This document shows, one piece after another, positions 51,458-64,000 of a stretch of DNA of 64,000 nt. Positions within the stretch are counted from its first letter, which is position 1; the number at the start of each line of letters is the position of its first letter. Source of the stretch: Tubulanus polymorphus (Eukaryota; Animalia; Nemertea); assembly GCF_964204645.1 (NCBI RefSeq), contig NC_134027.1, positions 15,842,485 through 15,906,484 on the forward strand, given 5' to 3'. The notes beneath the pieces are model-generated. The model made no database searches. It was not told the DNA's origin and saw only the letters and a program-made list of their open reading frames with translations. Both the position numbers and the translations under genes were made by a program.

Positions 51458-52005
51458 TAAATCTAGTTATCATGATAATTATAATATTCTTAAGACAAAC
51501 GAATTTCTGTGGACCGATTTCATTGAGGCGAATCACTCAATCTGGAAAAGAAATCTTCCGGTCCTGTCACGTGACTTCATGACTGCAACTTGACAATAGC
51601 TAAGGTTCTCATTCTTCGAACCAAAAATATGTAAAAAATGCTGATTTTGGCGAACAACAATGGCTGCCAGTCGGCCATCTTGATTCTGACAGGGCCGGTT
51701 TTTGGGCTGAAGATGTGTCTAGGGTAGATACATGTGAAACCCAAATATCAAGATATTACGTTGAAGTGTCTTCAAAACTTCCCAAAATAACTGGATTCCG
51801 CTACGGACAGACGGATGGGCGGATGCTATGACGAAAGGAAGACGGACGAAAAGTGAACACAATAGCCTGCTGGAACTTAAGTCCCAAGTGGGCTAAAAAC
51901 AAGGTTTGACAGAGCCTAACATACAAAAAGTTTAACATACTGGGAGCCAAAAAAGTATTCCTCGGAGAACCAATGATGCTAGTTTGCTATTTTCATGCAA
52001 CTGAC

Positions 52006-52227
52006 CTCATCTCCTTTGTGTGGTTGAAATTCAAACCTTTTCGGCAGGGAGAAAACAATACTGTTGTTATCTATGTAATTCTGCTTGTCTGTACGAGCAT
52101 CTATATCTTTTATACATTTATTCATCAGGTTAACACATGCTTGTTGTGTTTTTCGCAAACAATCATCGCTCTCACTATGCATCATCATCGAATGGGCAAG
52201 ACTTGTATGATAACCAATATCCATGCA
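52006..52227 (-). CDS. SRGAP: srGAP homologue, exon (end of F-BAR)
   Basis: tttcAG|CMDIGYHTSLAHSMMMH...NNSIVFSLPKRFEFQPHKGDE|GTCAGT; 222 bp, phase 0; srGAP signatures DLGYH and FEFQPHxGD. Confidence 0.92.
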
Positions 52228-52479
52228 CTGAAAACAAATTGAGATTCAAGCAAGATTATACAACAGATAATTACAAAAACTAGCGCAGTCCAAGGTTGTA
52301 ACAAATGAAATAACTACATATAACTGGTAGTATTCCATATAGAAAGGATGAGCTAGCTCCCCGTTAGCAACTTCGCTTAGATTAAAAATCCATAGGATGT
52401 TTAATACTTTAGAAACATAAACATGTCCAATCAATAAGCAATTACAATACACGTTCATTCATAAGGCTTTTAATTTTAA

Positions 52480-53120
52480 ACAAGAGGACAATAAGGTCCA
52501 TATGGTCGAAGACAGTGTTTAAAATTGACTTAATAGTAGTGAACGGATGCATGAGGAGATATCAGTTTTATCAGTGAAAACAAATTAACGTTTCCAGGGT
52601 TTCCATGAGGCTATTTTTTACTGTTAATTGGATATATATCACCCAGCCAAAAGTGGTCCTTTTCCCCAAATCCTGAAAATTCTTTGAGGAATTGTGAAAA
52701 TGAATTGATTATTTTTTCTCTCAAGATATTATAGTGTTCTTATTTTAGTTTATATATTTCAATGTAATGATCTGTTTCAATATTCAATAATAAAATGAGT
52801 GGCTGGCCATGTAGTGTAATATTAATAGCGCGTAGGCCATATCTACCTTCGCTTAGTGAAATCGCCCAGACAGATCCTACCCCCCTATCTTCCATAATGG
52901 TATAGTCGACTCATTAACCAATGAAACTGTGTTCTAAGTGTGTGTGATGCTTCAATTAATGAAGTTCATGTGACAGGCAATTTTTTATCTGATTAACAGT
53001 TCTATATGACATAGCATTATGGGACTATATCTATGACAGTAGAGATACTACAGGTGTTGTACGGTGAACGGCTAGATTTTTACTAGCGACTATGCCTATA
53101 TGGTCTTGGACCATAAAAAA
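52480..53120 (-). mobile_element. Helentron-like non-autonomous element, separate family
   Basis: aacaagaggacaataaggtccaTATGGTC at one end and cctaTATGGTCttgGACCATAaaaaa at the other. Confidence 0.5.
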
Positions 53121-53959
53121 TCCCAGACGGGGGATTCTAAGTTGCAGTAGCATGACTGCTATAATCTCTAGATCATTGAGAATTGCGGTCTAAAAAAACT
53201 TAACACAAAACTTAGTACACCACACTGCGGTGTATTGATGTAATTAGTAATTACTTTTAACTCTATTGAAAGGTGGCAGCATCGATCAAACAGTGAAATA
53301 TAAGTAACTAACAATACACCGCAGCGCACTATGGTGGTTTTCCCGTTACTCAACACACTAGGGTGGAATTTTTCTAAATTTTCAAATTATCTCCATTGGG
53401 TATCAAATAGTCAGCCCTCAAAGGGTTGAGAGGCAGTGGCTTAAGCCACCCCTCACTGATATCGTCACGATTTCGTGCGGGTTCATCCCTTTCGGCCCGT
53501 TGAAAAGCATTTGTATCAGCTCAGCCTACATCCACATTTACGTCTAGTAGGCCTAGCTCCATATGAAGGCCTATTTAATTTTGTTTTATGTCTGGTCTGA
53601 TCAATCCTCCCCGGTAGGGATTTGAACCTGATGGCATCGAGACCCAGCCACACTAGATTGCATGTGCAGCTACACGCACAGCTTAGAAATCCTGTTTAAT
53701 TTCAGCCTGGGTTTTTCCATAGTTCTTCCATGAAATTTGCCTCAGCGATTGTACAACGGACAATCTGATTCTATCGAGTGTATCAGGGGTTAGGTCATGG
53801 CTGAGTGTAGCGACGCCATCAGGTTCGAATCTGGCCCTGCCGATGGAGGATGCATTGGATCTAGCAAAACCTATTAGAATAATGTAAAAATAGATTCTGC
53901 TTCTCGGTCGCAACGGGCGATAGATATAGGGCCTAGTTTAGACTCCCAAAACGATTAAC

Positions 53960-56900
53960 ATGACATTTCACCTACCAAAATTCTTACACTAAGTATGATG
54001 AAAGTCCATCAAGAATTGCAGGCCGTTTCGTGTTAGAAATTCAAGATGGCTACCCTGGCAGCCGATGACCTCCATAGGCATGGACAGCTTACCTACCCTG
54101 ATCCTCACACCAAATTTTGCGGAAATCCATCAAGAATTGCAGGCTGCACGTGCAAACAAAAAATTCAAGAGTGCCCCCAATGGCAGCCATATTTGATCAC
54201 AAATCACCATTTTCAACAATAGGGGTGGACATCTCGTCAGACCCAATCTTCAAGCAAATTTTCAAAAAGATTCATCGCAAATTTCAGGCGAATTGCTGTC
54301 AAATTCAATTCCATACACATCTAAGGGCCTGGCTTAGGCCTATGCAATAGGAGTCAATTTAGATTCGACTTCTTGAATAAAGGACCAATGGCCCAGAAGC
54401 TCACCGACAGAAGCTCACCGACATGATAATCTGAGAAGCAAAAGGAAGAAAGCGAAATATGCTTTCAAAGAAGTGGCTGCTGACCTGTTCCCAATAAGTA
54501 ATCGGTCAGGTAGATCTCATCGAGAGATTAAGTCTGGCATTGTTTATCTTACCAGTCAATCCTGTGACAACATTGAACTTAGCATTTGAAATTGGGGTGG
54601 AGGGGGGGTAATAATCAAAGCTTAGTTGAAAAAGAACTGTGAGATGGAGAGGTAACACTTCATACAAAATAAAATGTTTTATTTTTTTGCAAAATAACAA
54701 GCTAATTTTTTTACAATAACTTGAATCTTGAATAGTTCAGATGTTCCGTCGTACATGTATCTAGGTTATGGTTTTCCGTGAACGTCGTAATTTTTGTTAT
54801 AAGTTTAATGACTGCTACTCGCCAGATCATTACCTAAACGAGAGGCCCACTTGCCTTGTACTTTCATGACGCAGTAGAAGAAGAATGATTCAGCATTCAA
54901 AGTTTTACAGAATGATTTACATTGTAACGATATAACAAGTTTTAAAATAGTTAAGAGGTACAGGCTATGTGGCGCGATAATGTTCATTTTCTGTTAATAT
55001 ATCCTTACATGAAAAGACAAGCCCATTTTAGCTGCCTCAAAGATCACACTACATGAAAAAATGCATCAAGAATTGGTGTAGGCATCGTGCTGAAAATAAA
55101 TCCAAGATGGATGGCAACCCTGGTGGACACAAGGGGTAGACATTTCACCTACCAAAATTCGTACACCTAGTATCTTGAAAATGCGTCAAGAATTGCAGGC
55201 CGTTTCGTGCTAGAAATTCCAGATGGCTGACCTGGCTGCCATATTTGAAGGCCGATGACCTACATATACAAAAGGCATGGACAGCTTGACCCTGATCCTC
55301 ACACCAAATTTTGTAGAAATCCATCAAGAATTGCGGACTGCATCGTGCAAATAAGAAATTGAACATGGCCAACCCAATGGCGGCCATATTTGATCACCAA
55401 TGACATTTTTTTACAATATGGGTGGACATCTCGCCAGACCCAATCTTCATGCTAATTTTCAAAAAGATTCATTACAAATTACAGGAGAATTACTTTGTCG
55501 AATTCAATTCAATTCCAGAGGTCCTGGCTTAGGCCTATGTAATAGGAGTCAATTGAGATTCGACTTTTTGAAAAACCAGCACAGATGCCTATTCAAATCA
55601 CATGTAAGTGCTTCTTAGTTTGATGTCCCTGTTTTCATCGCGCACGAGGTTAAAATTATTGTTTACATCGAATGTCTTCAACAGCTGATACGACCGCACC
55701 GGCGTCTGTCAATCATCTTAATTGATTCATATACTTAAATGCTCACTACGAAAAAACTAAGCGATGGATCAATCCGGAATTTTTTCGTAGAATGTCAGAC
55801 GCTAGGTACCTGCGCGCCGGCAGCGAACGCTCAAGCAAGGTCAGTCACGTAGGCCAACGATAACACGAAACAGACCACGGTTTTGCCGGTTAAGAGCGTC
55901 TCTCCACATAAATTAGAGGGACTGTAATGGACCATTTGTTGACACTAATCTTTAATAAGCTTCGTATGGATACAATCAAAATAATTCCACCCTATAATTC
56001 CACTATTCAACGATCGACATACGACGCGCAGCTTAAACATGGCGCCGCCATTCAATACGCTAGTCACGATGTATCTCTACACAAATCAAAATCACACTTT
56101 ACACACACATTACAAGTGTTGACTAATGAGAAACGATCGAAATCCACCAAGTTGATTGGGAAAATTGCAGCACTATAGTTGAAAAAAGTTGATAAACCAC
56201 CTCCGACTGTCTAATCATTTAAAAGCTTCGCCTTCACACGGAACTATTTCGGCCTTATCACAGGTGCACTCTGCCGCCGTGATTCGCCCAATCAACGATA
56301 AAAACTTTCCCACGGTCTTACTATCGGCATTTTCTAATAATTTAGGGAAATATCTTAAAAAAGCGCAATTTCACACTCTGCATTTATAAGATTGAAGCAT
56401 TTATTCGTTTGACAAATCTTCCTCTGAACTCCCACCAACAAGTTATAAGTGGCGACACGAAAATAACGTCATCAACTCACTACCATCTTATAACCTTCAT
56501 GACGTAGGTAAAAAAGAAGTCATGAAGAGAAAATATATGTTTTACTGATGCTTCTGTATTCCATTGCCTAAGCAAACTAATTAATGACCAAATATCCCAA
56601 GTTGCTAAATTACGCTAAAATATAAAGTTCGTTCGTATCATCTCAAAATTTCAGCCTGGCCACCCTCAAGAAATGTTTTAAACGCCTGTGCAATGTTCTA
56701 TCAAAATCATCGAAGAAACTGTTTTCATACACAAACACGCATTGTAGCGACAGATAAGGAGACAAAGCAATTCAAACCCACCGTTCATATCGCTAAATCA
56801 GGTCTTTAATTATGTTGTTATAACTTTTTTCGAAAATAATTCAGTGATTGCACATTCGCTATTAAAATAGCTTTAGGGACAGCGAAAATGTGGAGAGCTC

Positions 56901-58140
56901 TCAATTGGCAAGCTGGTGCTGCCATCATTAATCGGTATTGCGCAAATCGCAAGGCCAGTAAACCCATTGAGTAAAAAGTGGAGGGGTGGAAGATTATTTT
57001 TTTCTCCTAATAACTATAGTAGCAAACGATATAGCTGAAAGAGGTTTGTATTCCGATTCAGCAGGCATTCTTTTTACTAACGAGGTCCAGTCATGAAATA
57101 ATGAAGGTTTTTTTATTGGATATACATTGTGATTCGTTAATTCATGAGGAGAAACTAAAGACTTACCTCCCTCCCACGAACATGTACCATACCCGACGAC
57201 TGGTGGAAGTTAATACGCTACGGTTTCTTCGAGTAAACCAACACAGATGTCTATTCGAATCACATTCAAAAATTCAAAAATCATTTCAAAAATTCAGTGC
57301 TTCTCAGTTTGTTGTCCCTGTTTGCATCGCGCACGTGGTTCATATTATTGTTTACATTGAACTCCTTCACACCCGCGCCTGTCATTCATCTTAATTGATT
57401 CATATACTAAAATGCTCACTATGAAAAACTATGCAGTGAATCAATCCGGAATTTTTGAGCAGAATATCAGACACTAGGTACCTGTCTTTAAAGGTTTATT
57501 TGTTGTATGTTGCTAACAATCAGTTATATAATACTATACTTTATTCATAACTTTGAAGCGTAGGCCAATGATAACATGAAACAGACCACGGTTTTCCCGG
57601 TTAAGAGCGTCTTTCCACATAAATTAGAGGGACTATTATGGACCATTTGTTGACACTTACCTTTGATAAAGTTCGTATGGATACAATCAAGATAATTCCA
57701 CTAATCAACGATCGACGCACAGCTTAAACATGGCGCCATCATTCATTACGCTAGTTAAAATGTATCTCTCCGCATATCAAAATCACATTTGAATTACGTG
57801 TTGACTTATGAGAAACGATTGAAACCTAGCAATTTCATTGGGAAAATATCAGCACTATAGTTCAAAAAAGTAGATAAACCACCTCCGGCTGTTTAATCAT
57901 TTAAAAGCTTTGCCCTCATATGGAACTATTTCCGCCTAATCACAGGATTCTGCACTCTGCCGCTGTGATTCGCCCATTCAACGATAAAAACTTCTTAGTC
58001 TTACTATCGACATTTTCTAAGTATTTATTCGTTTGACAAATCTTCGTCTGAACTACCACCAACAAGTTATAAGTGGTGACAGGAAAATGACGTCGTCGAC
58101 TCACTACCACCTTATAACCATCACTACGTCATGAAGGTAA
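53960..58140 (+). repeat. Cluster of duplicated repeats (53960-54380 with 55140-55570; 55575-56510 with 57235-58140)
   Basis: Shared blocks include gacatttcacctaccaaaatt, aataggagtcaatt.agattcgactt, aaacagaccacggttt..ggttaagagcgtct and caccaacaagttataagtgg. Related fragments lie at about 43510-43650 and 46935-47210. Confidence 0.75.
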
Positions 58141-58150
58141 AAATACTCAC

Positions 58151-58279
58151 ATCTATAAGATCAGATAAGTCATCAACAAAGTATCGCTGAACAGCAGCAT
58201 TGGCCGATTCAATAATAAGTAAGTAATCATTTCTGGCTTTTAAAGCCTTGGTTTGACTCTCTTGAAACCTCTTCAGCCG
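58151..58279 (-). CDS. SRGAP: srGAP homologue, exon (F-BAR)
   Basis: tttcAG|RLKRFQESQTKALKARNDYLLIIESANAAVQRYFVDDLSDLID|GTGAGT; 129 bp, phase 0; matches the srGAP F-BAR pattern KARNEYLL..A.N....YY..DLSDLID. Confidence 0.92.
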
Positions 58280-61221
58280 CTGAAAGATAATAAATATCAA
58301 ATGTGCTATGATTTTGTGTAAAACAGATTGATATGATAGCCAAATTCAAACCAGAATCAACCCATACACTACCAGCTAAATACTTAAACCAGCTAATTTA
58401 CCACATTCACACGTGAATTAAATGAACTGAAACTAGGGGTCAGAGACACAATGCCCACTTGGGAAGTGGTTTGAAATGCTAAACTATATAAAAATCTCAA
58501 TATCAAATGTCCTTTGGAAGATATTGAAACCAACGATCTTGAAACTCACCACAATCATAAAATATGCCATAGCAACAATTTGCAATCGCTTGTGGTAACA
58601 AATTATGCCAGGTACTAATATAACAACATGGAAATACTATTCTACTAGTTAAAGTGCTCTGGTGACCATATACACAAACCTTGAAACCTCAAAGCCTTGA
58701 AACTTATCACATTCATTGAACATGTCATGTTCATCTTGAATCGAAGAAGTCCCCAAAACAATAAGGTTTTACATCATACTATCACACACATCTATTATAA
58801 ATTTGATGAAATTTTCTCCCTTTATGGTTCCCCACCATACCACCATACATGCACATACCACAACAATTTCATGAAATCATGTCAAACGTTTTTTTTATTT
58901 TCGTGTACACGGAGAGTTCCTGTGTCAAAAGTAAGTCATAAGTCGGCCATGTGGAAAGAGGTCCACAGTAAATTGGAAATGGAAAGCAGTACGAATCGTC
59001 GACGCATAAAACAGGCAAGGGACGCTTAACCTGGTCACAATTGTAAAAATACAAACAATTGAAACCCTCAGTGAATGCCGATTACGCAGCTAATAAAAGA
59101 TTTTATTGTGCACTGGTACAAATCGGATAACAAAACGATTGTCAACCCCAAACCGTATCACTGCTTTCCGTTCTTTTGATATTAGAATAGGGATTGGCCA
59201 TTTTTTAATCGGTTGGTAAATTTCGTTGATTTTTTTTATAAACCCACCACACCACTTTGATTTAAAGATACCAGTTGCAGACAAAGAAATAGCAGTTTCA
59301 AAATTTTCCCCGACCACTGACACAGTGCTTTTTTCACAGCAATATTTAGCTATCTCATAATTAGTTATCTTTAGGTTACGGAAACTTATTTATTGAAATT
59401 TCATGGACATGCGTAAATCAGATTCTCTATCTAAAAAATGCACAATATAGTGATAATAGCCAGGAATCAGGAATAGTGTATACATGAAATTGCATATTTT
59501 GATTTTTTAAAAATATAAAATTAATTGATTTGCTAGTGTAATTGACTGCAGTGATGGCAACTAGTAACTGTTGATTGGTTAAGCAGCCAGCTTAAGAGCA
59601 CATTGATGCTATTAGGCTACCCAAACTAATTGTCTCTGCGAGTGTCTCTGTGAGTTCACCGAACAAAGTTTTCACCTTGTGCATCTGTGCTCAAAATGAG
59701 ACAATTCATCGAATACACACTACTCCTTTACCACAGGCAGTCGCTAGTATGATTGGCAGTTGTTTTGAAGGAGGCCGATTTCCTGGAGACTTAAACTAGG
59801 CCACGCGTCTGAGGCAAATTTTCACGCGATGCACACTGACTGCAGTAGGCCTACATTAAAATATAGCCACTGAGCACAGCTATCATACTATCATTGATAT
59901 CAGACGAGATATTTCATAGCCGTCGCAGGATTCTTACTCACAGTCGGATGCGATGGTCAACGGCTTATTTTGAACGAGTATTTTGAAAGCCCTGTAAATT
60001 ACACAGTACACACGGCGATTGATTGGATAAATTGGATTGAAACACATCACGCGAGTAAACGCACAATTTATGATAGTTTTACGGTCTATGACAGTGTACC
60101 TTTACTTCTACATCCTGTAAACTATATCATCAGCACTCTACGATATAAATAATTACTTACTGCGTAAAATAAATGCTAAATCGAAAGAAAATCTAACAGT
60201 ATAATGTCATTCAGCGCGGCACCGGGTCTGGGCCAATTCGATTGTGCGCGCCACAACGATGTAGCGGATCGATTTAATCTCCGGTTTTTTCATAATACAA
60301 TAGGGAGACGGAACAATACGCCGACTATCAAATTTAAAATAAACATATAATAAGACTGTCCAATGACTGGGAAATGAGAAAGTAAATCCTAAGAAATGGC
60401 CCACCAATATTCGAGCAGATCAATAGACCGGTTTGTCTGCGTCGTATTATCGAATATGGCCTTACATTGATTGACTGCGGGAGATCAGCTAACTGCAGGG
60501 TGCATTTATTTTACATCAATTTAACGATGTACAACGGCCTTTTGGACGTTTAATGAAACAAAATGCTCCTTGGAAATTTTTTAAAAATCGCCGATTTCTC
60601 TAAAATGTACGCGAAAATTCAAAATTCCATTTCCAACAGATTTTAGCCGCATGATCAAGGTACATGTTGCACATAAAAATAGTAGATTGCATGACTTTAG
60701 GTCAAAGTTACAACCTCATTTATTAGCAAAAATTCGATTTTTGGAACCATTACAACATCTCGGGCTTTGCCCGAGATAATAATAATCAGCAAGAATACAA
60801 TAGGGTTACTGGGCAGAGATTTTATATAACTGCATTGAATTCTTTAAAAGTTCCAAAGAGAAACTAAGCCTCGTTTGGAAGTTATTTTGTACAAAGGAAG
60901 AAAGTTTCATATGAGATAATAAAATGGACTTCACTAAAGGAAAGTCCATTAAAATGATGCTATATTCTTAGTTTTGCTCAAAGCTATGGCAACTTCCGAA
61001 TGTTTACATTTGGCCATGTGTCTATTGATATCGTCGACGCCACCGAAGGCTACCATAAAACCGCTTTTTCAATAGTTGCAAAATGCATGATGTTTGGACT
61101 CTTTTTAATACACGGATATTTCATAATATTCCTCCCGAAAATTTTGGATTCTACGCTTTTTCTTGACAGGGCAAACCGCTATAGTATTCAGCTGCTGAAT
61201 TGAATCCAAGCGAAATCAAAA

Positions 61222-61331
61222 GGCTGGTCCCCATTTTGTCGCAACCTCTGACACCGTACTAGAGCGCCATCTTCACTTCAATGGCGCACTAGTACAGTGT
61301 AAGAGAAACTGCATTGTAAATGAGGACCGGC
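61222..61331. repeat. Short palindromic MITE-like hairpin
   Basis: Inner arms acaccgtactagagcgccat / atggcgcactagtacagtgt and outer arms gctggtccccattt / aaatgaggaccggc. Confidence 0.6.
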
Positions 61332-61494
61332 AGTGTCCTTGGGAATAAACAAAATGAAGATCGTCGATCATCAGGCCAAACTCCCCTTACAAGTTTGATT
61401 GAGAGGAAAAACGTTATTTGCCTTAAAAAGCAATTTTGTTAATACGTAATATATCAATTTTTTCCGTTCTCTCTGTTGTAAAAAATAATCTGTA

Positions 61495-63270
61495 ATAATT
61501 TATCAAACAAGAAAGAAATTCTAAAAATAGGCTTGCTAACATGGTTGTAGTGAAAACTTGCTTGATAATTGCTAGATTATTCATCAGATTGTGTTGAAAT
61601 GATTTTGCATAGTAAATTTATAGCTGGAAGAAAAAATGTGACTAACTTGAATGACTTCAGGTGAAAACTAGCGAACACGAAAAAAAGATAGTATCCACGA
61701 ATTTTCTTTTTAAAATAATAAAGACATTAAGCAAGAATAAATTACATTTCCTTCAAATGATAATTCACTACGATCATCCGATAAAGTTTATTGCCACCAT
61801 AGACTACCGCCCCCTGGCTCTTTCAAGAGACAGGGAACCAGTCTTCAATTCAATTCAGAATTTATTCTACTAAAAAGTGGTTTTTAAGTTTTAGATTAAA
61901 TTGAAAAATAGAAATGTTCATGAGATTTTTCAAATGGCCGCTAACGCAAGCACCCAATGATAGTAAGAGACAAGGAGCCTATCGGCTTATATAGCTCCGC
62001 TGTGTGATTTGAAGAAATGGAAGCTGCATACCTAGGAGTGCCCCCTTTTGGCCAAATTCAAAAAAGGCTCTGTACTTTGTAGGTATTGGTCCATAGAACA
62101 TTCATACCAAATTTCGACTTGTTCTGATTAAAAATGTAGAACTAATAGCAATTTGATGAAATAGAAACTCCACCCCCAGGAAGCCCCCTGGTGGACAAAT
62201 CCAAAAAATTACCGTTACTTTATAGGCCTAGGTCCATAGAACATTTATACCAAATTTGGAATTGATCCCATTAAAACTGTAGGACAAGTAGCGATTTGAA
62301 CAAAATAGAAACTCCACCCCCAGGGGCGCCCCCTGGGAGACAAATTCAAAAAATGGCTCTGTAACTTTATAGGCCTAGGTCCATAGAACATTCATACCAA
62401 ATTTGGAATTGATCCAATTAAAACTGTAGGACTAGTAGCGATTTGAAGGAATAGAAACTCCACCCCAGGGGGATTAGCCTGATAGCAATAATGTGTTCTT
62501 AAGCTCGCTGCTTACCAATTATCAACAGTTACTTGCCAAACACTAACACTATCAATTTAAATCAATTAATTCGATATTTCTAAGATTAACAAGAAAGAAA
62601 TTCTAAAAATGGGCTTGCTGACATGGTTGTACTGAAAGCTTGCTTGGTGGTTTTGCATTTCTGTCGTAGAATTAATCGAACTTTGAACTGATTACTTGTT
62701 AAAGAGCTAAGAGATCGGTGTTGTCTTACATCGTTACATAAAATGTTACACACGGGGACTGGGAATCAGAATGGTTTTATTGTAGACGCAGACCAAGTTA
62801 GTGCAAGCTTTTGGATAGTTGTTATCTGAATATTGCAGTGTCTTTAACAGAATCTAGTATCATGTTGATAATTGCTAGATTACTTATCGGATTGTGTGGA
62901 AATGATTTTGCATAGAAAAATTTACAGCTGAAAGAAAAAATGTGACTAACTCGAGTGACTTCAGGTGAAGAAAAGCAAACACGAAAATAGATAAGAGCCA
63001 CGATTTTTCTTTTTAAAATAATAAAGACAATAAGCAAGATTAAGTTACATTTCCTTAAAATGACAATCCACTACGATCATCCGATGAAGTTTATTGCCAC
63101 CATAGGCTACCGCCCTTGGCTCTTTGAAGAGACAGGGAACCAGTCTTCAATTCAATTCATAATTTATTTTACAGAAAAGCGGTTTTTAAGTTTTAGATAT
63201 TCAAACTGAAAAATATAAATTTTCATACTGAGATTTTACAAATGGCTGCTATCGCAAGCACCCAATGAAA
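61495..63270 (+). repeat. Direct duplication (61495-61960 with 62585-63270) flanking an approximately 146-bp tandem array (about 62030-62470)
   Basis: Both copies share aacaagaaagaaattctaaaaat and cactacgatcatccgat..gagacagggaaccagtcttcaattcaattc. The array unit atagaaactccacccc..ggtccatagaacatt.ataccaaattt recurs at about 62161, 62306 and 62452. Confidence 0.75.
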
Positions 63271-64000
63271 ATAAAAGAAAATAAAAGAAAATTAAAAGAA
63301 TTTTTTAAAAAGGTGAAAGTAAATTTTTCATTATGAAATTTTGTGTCAATAAAGAATGAATTGAATTGCCAGCAGCACTATGCCACGCATGAATACCAAG
63401 GTTGGTATGTGCTGCTGAAATAACAAAAAACGATTAAACAAAATCATAAAACCATGAAAACGACAACCGTTATAGCCAATATACGAAAGGAACCTAGATT
63501 TTGTTACTGCATTAAATCTGTGTAAATATCAGAGCCCAAGAAAGGTTCTATCTAAAGTTATCGACTCCCCAAGCAAGTTATCAATCCGTGTGATAGCAAT
63601 ATGGGCTTGCAAGCATGCAAGCCCATGAAAATATGCTATTTCATGTAGGCCTACTCACTATTGCTGGCTTTTTTTGCTGTATCATTTGCTTTTTGAGATT
63701 GCCTTTTTCTGCTATTTTGTTTGTCTGCAACTGGTTTTCCAAATCGTTTTGAAAGCCCTATCAATGATCGTTGATTGTTCATTGTCAGGCATAGGTGTAA
63801 GGATGTACTGTGGCCAAGTGTGTCACTCATGGCAAAATCAGAGTTAAACATAGTTTCTAGTCCTCAATGTTTGTTCAAGTTTGCATTGTAGTATATCGTT
63901 TTTAGCCTAATTGGGACTTTGGTTTCAGACTGATCGCATCTGTTGTATTTGTCAAAGTATTTTGCCAAAACCCAGAGGTTCACCGAGTGCTTAGCATGAC

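Noticed and set aside
63659-64000. Possible upstream srGAP exon ending in GTGAGT
   Set aside because: No F-BAR similarity, and it shares accagttgcagacaaa.aa.tagcag with a repeat near 59270.

Overview
AT-rich animal genomic DNA, probably from a marine invertebrate (inferred from the repeat families). It holds one host gene and many transposable elements. Eight phase-consistent GT-AG exons on the minus strand (58279 to 24688, about 365 codons) encode the F-BAR, F-BAR extension and first half of the RhoGAP domain of an srGAP (SLIT-ROBO GAP) homologue. Its 5' exons lie beyond the right edge, and I could not find its remaining GAP/SH3 exons in the 24 kb downstream. The first 20 kb is a nested cluster of dead elements: a Gypsy gag-pro fragment, two Penelope-like elements with hammerhead-ribozyme motifs, two DIRS elements with the adenine-methyltransferase domain, and a MULE transposase fused to a RING finger and split by an RTE-X-like LINE. 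The introns hold an apparently intact, intron-containing hAT-like transposon with a 6-bp TSD, a second CAG-terminal element with a 6-bp TSD, Harbinger-like MITEs, many Helentron/DINE-1-like elements (some with internal 146-154 bp tandem arrays), a 170-bp hammerhead-bearing mini-element and several fold-backs. There are no rRNA, true tRNA or CRISPR features. All calls come from reading motifs by eye; TE boundaries without a TSD are approximate.
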